Made by a program: the position numbers and the translations under genes
From: Octopus bimaculoides
Taxonomy: Eukaryota
Direction: 5' to 3'
Length of the DNA: 34,444 nucleotides
NCBI RefSeq assembly: GCF_001194135.2
Contig: NC_068992.1
Coordinates: forward strand, 8,292,057-8,326,500
Shown here: one piece after another, positions 33,459 through 34,444 of the stretch
How the letters are laid out: each line of letters opens with the position of its first letter
Numbering within the stretch: position 1 is the stretch's first letter
Notes under the pieces: generated by a model
Databases searched by the model: none
The model's input: only the letters and a program-made list of their open reading frames with translations
What the model was told of the DNA's origin: nothing

Positions 33459-33607
33459 AGCCAAATCAAAACTAAGAACAAAAACAACAAACGGACATAC
33501 ACTGTGAATGTACTAGGCTGACGCTCAGTTTAAGATGGAAAAAAACTGGGTGTGTGACGTTTCGAGGATGGCTCTTCGTCAGAAAGTCGAAAGAGGAAAG
33601 GTCCGAG
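33459..33607 (-). mobile_element. Penelope-like terminal repeat fragment carrying a hammerhead core
   Basis: Hammerhead core, then CTGAGCGTCAGCCTAGTACA (compare GTCAAACTAATACA at 6111 and CTGAGCGTCCAATAATAC at 16248), a T-rich end and (TA)n. Confidence 0.65.
33549..33589 (-). ncRNA. Minimal type I hammerhead ribozyme motif, probably decayed in stem I
   Basis: Minus RNA uuu-CUGACGA-A-GAG(CCAUC)CUC-GAA-ACGU-C-aca. It has an intact CUGANGA and GAAA, a 3-bp stem II, a palindromic ACGU stem III and a GUC cleavage triplet. Confidence 0.6.
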
Positions 33608-34259
33608 TGGATTTGTAACATTGTATATAGATAGATATATTATTCAAATGAATTCAGACAGTCCGATTTTCACATTTCAATTTCTTATTTTCATCTTTCC
33701 ACCAGAACTTTAATGTTTTATCACATTTCAGATAAAATTATACGTTGAGGCATTAACAAACTCGATAGCATCACTGTATATAAAAGTAGAAATAATCTGA
33801 AATCATTTATATAGCGGCGTTAACAGACTGAATGGCATTGCTGTATATTAGAGATTGTTTCCGATTTACTATAGTGCAAATCTATGTAGTTTGTTAACGA
33901 CAACACGCATGCATTAACCTGACGCGTATACTAATATATGAAAGTACTTGTAAAGGTTTAAAAATACACAAATAGCATTGAAAAGATCGAACTGTCACTA
34001 ATGTGTGTTTGTGTATACACATGCATGCATTAGCGCCGTATTTCTTCTGCTTGTTAGTTGAAGTGAAAACTAAACACAGATTCAACTGATTGCTTCTGTT
34101 ACATCATTGACATTACTTGTTTCAGTTAATAAATTCAGTCTGACGAACGAGATGTTCCGACTGCGATCCTGTTATATTAGCATATCAACTCACAACTAAT
34201 GAATCGTCTTCCTGTTCATTTTATAATTATTTACTAGATTTTATAAAATATCTCTTCCT

Positions 34260-34375
34260 CATATATATATATATATGTGTGTGTCTGTGTTTTTGTGCAT
34301 GTGTGTATGTGTGTGTGCGTGCGTGTTTATATGTATGTATATTTGTATGAATATATATATATATATATATGTATG

Positions 34376-34410
<35 letters not shown>

Positions 34411-34444
34411 GTATATATATATATGTATGTATGTATATATATAT
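34260..34444. repeat. Compound (AT)n/(GT)n/(ATGT)n microsatellite
   Basis: Directly visible. Confidence 0.95.

Overview
AT-rich eukaryotic non-coding DNA with seven assembly gaps and many microsatellites. The repeat content fits an octopus genome (inference, from recalled cephalopod SINE consensus sequences). No complete host gene is recognisable, and nearly all listed ORFs are microsatellite, gap or SINE artefacts. The window is a layered transposon graveyard. It holds more than 25 tRNA-derived SINE copies in about five families (my labels A, B, C, D, F) and 3' fragments of an R4/Dong-like restriction-like-endonuclease (RLE) LINE. It also has a Tx1/L1-like LINE 3' end with a decayed CCHC knuckle, a Penelope GIY-YIG remnant plus three related termini, a near full-length decayed mariner transposase split by a SINE, and hAT- and piggyBac-like MITE pieces. 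The best leads are: (1) a Penelope-type minimal hammerhead ribozyme core at 33556-33582 (-); (2) a head-to-tail SINE multimer bounded by one perfect 14-bp target-site duplication (TSD); (3) RLE-LINE copies stacked in (CATA)n; (4) a LINE/hAT/SINE junction repeated in inverted orientation 22.5 kb apart; (5) a perfect 68-bp-arm palindrome abutting a gap; (6) three close inverted SINE pairs. A few low-confidence candidate exons and one promoter-like segment are flagged. All alignments were done by eye, family names come from recalled motifs rather than database searches, and the ends of decayed elements are approximate.
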